From an uncultured Acidimicrobiales bacterium (lineage in GTDB: Bacteria > Actinomycetota > Acidimicrobiia > Acidimicrobiales > CATQHL01), in assembly GCA_958295925.1 (NCBI GenBank), contig CATQHL010000001.1, forward strand, positions 152,676-216,675: a stretch of DNA of 64,000 nt, written 5' to 3'. Each line of letters opens with the position of its first letter. Positions within the stretch are counted from its first letter, which is position 1. Below the pieces are notes generated by a model. It was not told the origin of the DNA. It did no database searches and worked only from the letters and a program-made list of their open reading frames with translations. Shown here piece after piece: positions 63,394 to 64,000 of this stretch. A program made the position numbers and the translations under genes.

Positions 63394-64000
63394 CAGCCTT
63401 CCTTTCCGTTCGCCTCGCCTTTCGGCTTTTGTTTTATCACGTGCTCGCAGACCCACGCGTACATCGCTATGCCGCTGGCCACCCCGGCGTTGATGGAGCG
63501 CGTCGAGCCGAACTGCGTGATGCAGCGCATCGAATCGCACGCCTCCACCGCCTCCGCCGACAGCCCCGGCCCCTCCTGCCCGAAGAACAGCACGCAGAGC
63601 TCAGGTGGCGGGCTGGTCTCCAGCGGCTCCGCCCCTGGCATGTTGTCGATACCGACGACAGCAAGCCTCTCACCCTCCGCCCATGACCTCAGGTCGGACA
63701 CGTCGGGGTGGTGGAGCACGGTCTGGTAGCGGTCGGTGACCATCGCCCCGCGCCGGTTCCAGCGCCTGCGCCCCACGATGTGCACCGCCCGCGCCCCGAA
63801 GGCATTTGCGTTGCGAACCGCCGCCCCGATGTTGAGGTCGTGCCGCCAGTTCTCGATGGCCACGTGATAGGGGTGGCGCCGAGCCTCGAGGTCTTCCACT
63901 ATCGCGTCGTGTCGCCAGTAGCGGTATCGGTCGACCACGTTTCGACGGTCACCGCCGGCCAGGAGAACGGGATCGAGGCGGGGGTCGTCCGGCCAGGGCT
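63393..64000 (-). CDS. TrmH/SpoU-family RNA 2'-O-methyltransferase (5' end probably beyond the window)
   Basis: NIGAAVRNANAFGA, FGQEGPGLS and GSTRSINAGVASGIAMY motifs. The frame stays open upstream of the ATG at 63938 to the window edge. Confidence 0.85.
   Translation of the reverse strand, partial: PWPDDPRLDPVLLAGGDRRNVVDRYRYWRHDAIVEDLEARRHPYHVAIENWRHDLNIGAAVRNANAFGARAVHIVGRRRWNRRGAMVTDRYQTVLHHPDVSDLRSWAEGERLAVVGIDNMPGAEPLETSPPPELCVLFFGQEGPGLSAEAVEACDSMRCITQFGSTRSINAGVASGIAMYAWVCEHVIKQKPKGEANGKEG

Overview
This is a visibly GC-rich, densely packed chromosomal core region. Gene content and synteny point to an actinobacterial-type genome: a dcw cluster without ftsA, an MtrA/MtrB plus GerMN lipoprotein module, a mycothiol-type MDMPI enzyme, F420 cofC, a PimB-like GT4 next to an SRPBCC protein, DUF3040 and HNH genes upstream of mraZ. 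Any finer taxon is inference.

Contents, left to right:
- (1) yggS, pgeF and ftsZ, then a translationally coupled division/cell-wall operon on the minus strand: mraZ-rsmH-ftsL-ftsI-murE-mraY-murD-ftsW-murG-murC-murB-ftsQ. No murF is present.
- (2) An HNH and LplA-like gene pair, MoxR-DUF58-transglutaminase, DUF3040 and dinB.
- (3) The mtrA/mtrB-like two-component system with a short GerMN lipoprotein.
- (4) Housekeeping genes: aminotransferase, ROK kinase, SRPBCC, GT4, trpD, FGGY kinase, RNase P RNA, three tRNAs, dnaG, glyQS, recO, uppS, a dinG-like helicase, era, a CNNM/CBS protein, ybeY, phoH, rnhB, gpsA, hsp20, cofC and an ABC-2 exporter.

I see no transposase, integrase, CRISPR array or recognisable defence system.

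The items most worth a second look are:
- (a) A 67-aa, strongly cationic peptide built from 11-residue amphipathic repeats, translationally coupled to a TrmH-family methyltransferase at the right edge.
- (b) A 553-aa coiled-coil protein ending in a YacP-type NYN nuclease domain, inserted between the GT4 gene and trpD.
- (c) A near-perfect 24-bp x ~7.5 in-frame tandem repeat in the cytoplasmic tail of FtsL.
- (d) A perfect 19-bp long-range inverted repeat filling the mraZ-rsmH spacer.
- (e) A recurring pattern of short perfect tandem or direct duplications sitting on gene starts and stops.
- (f) Three tandem 30-bp hairpin-forming units upstream of hsp20.

Functional calls rest on motif recognition in the supplied ORF translations. 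No database search was possible.
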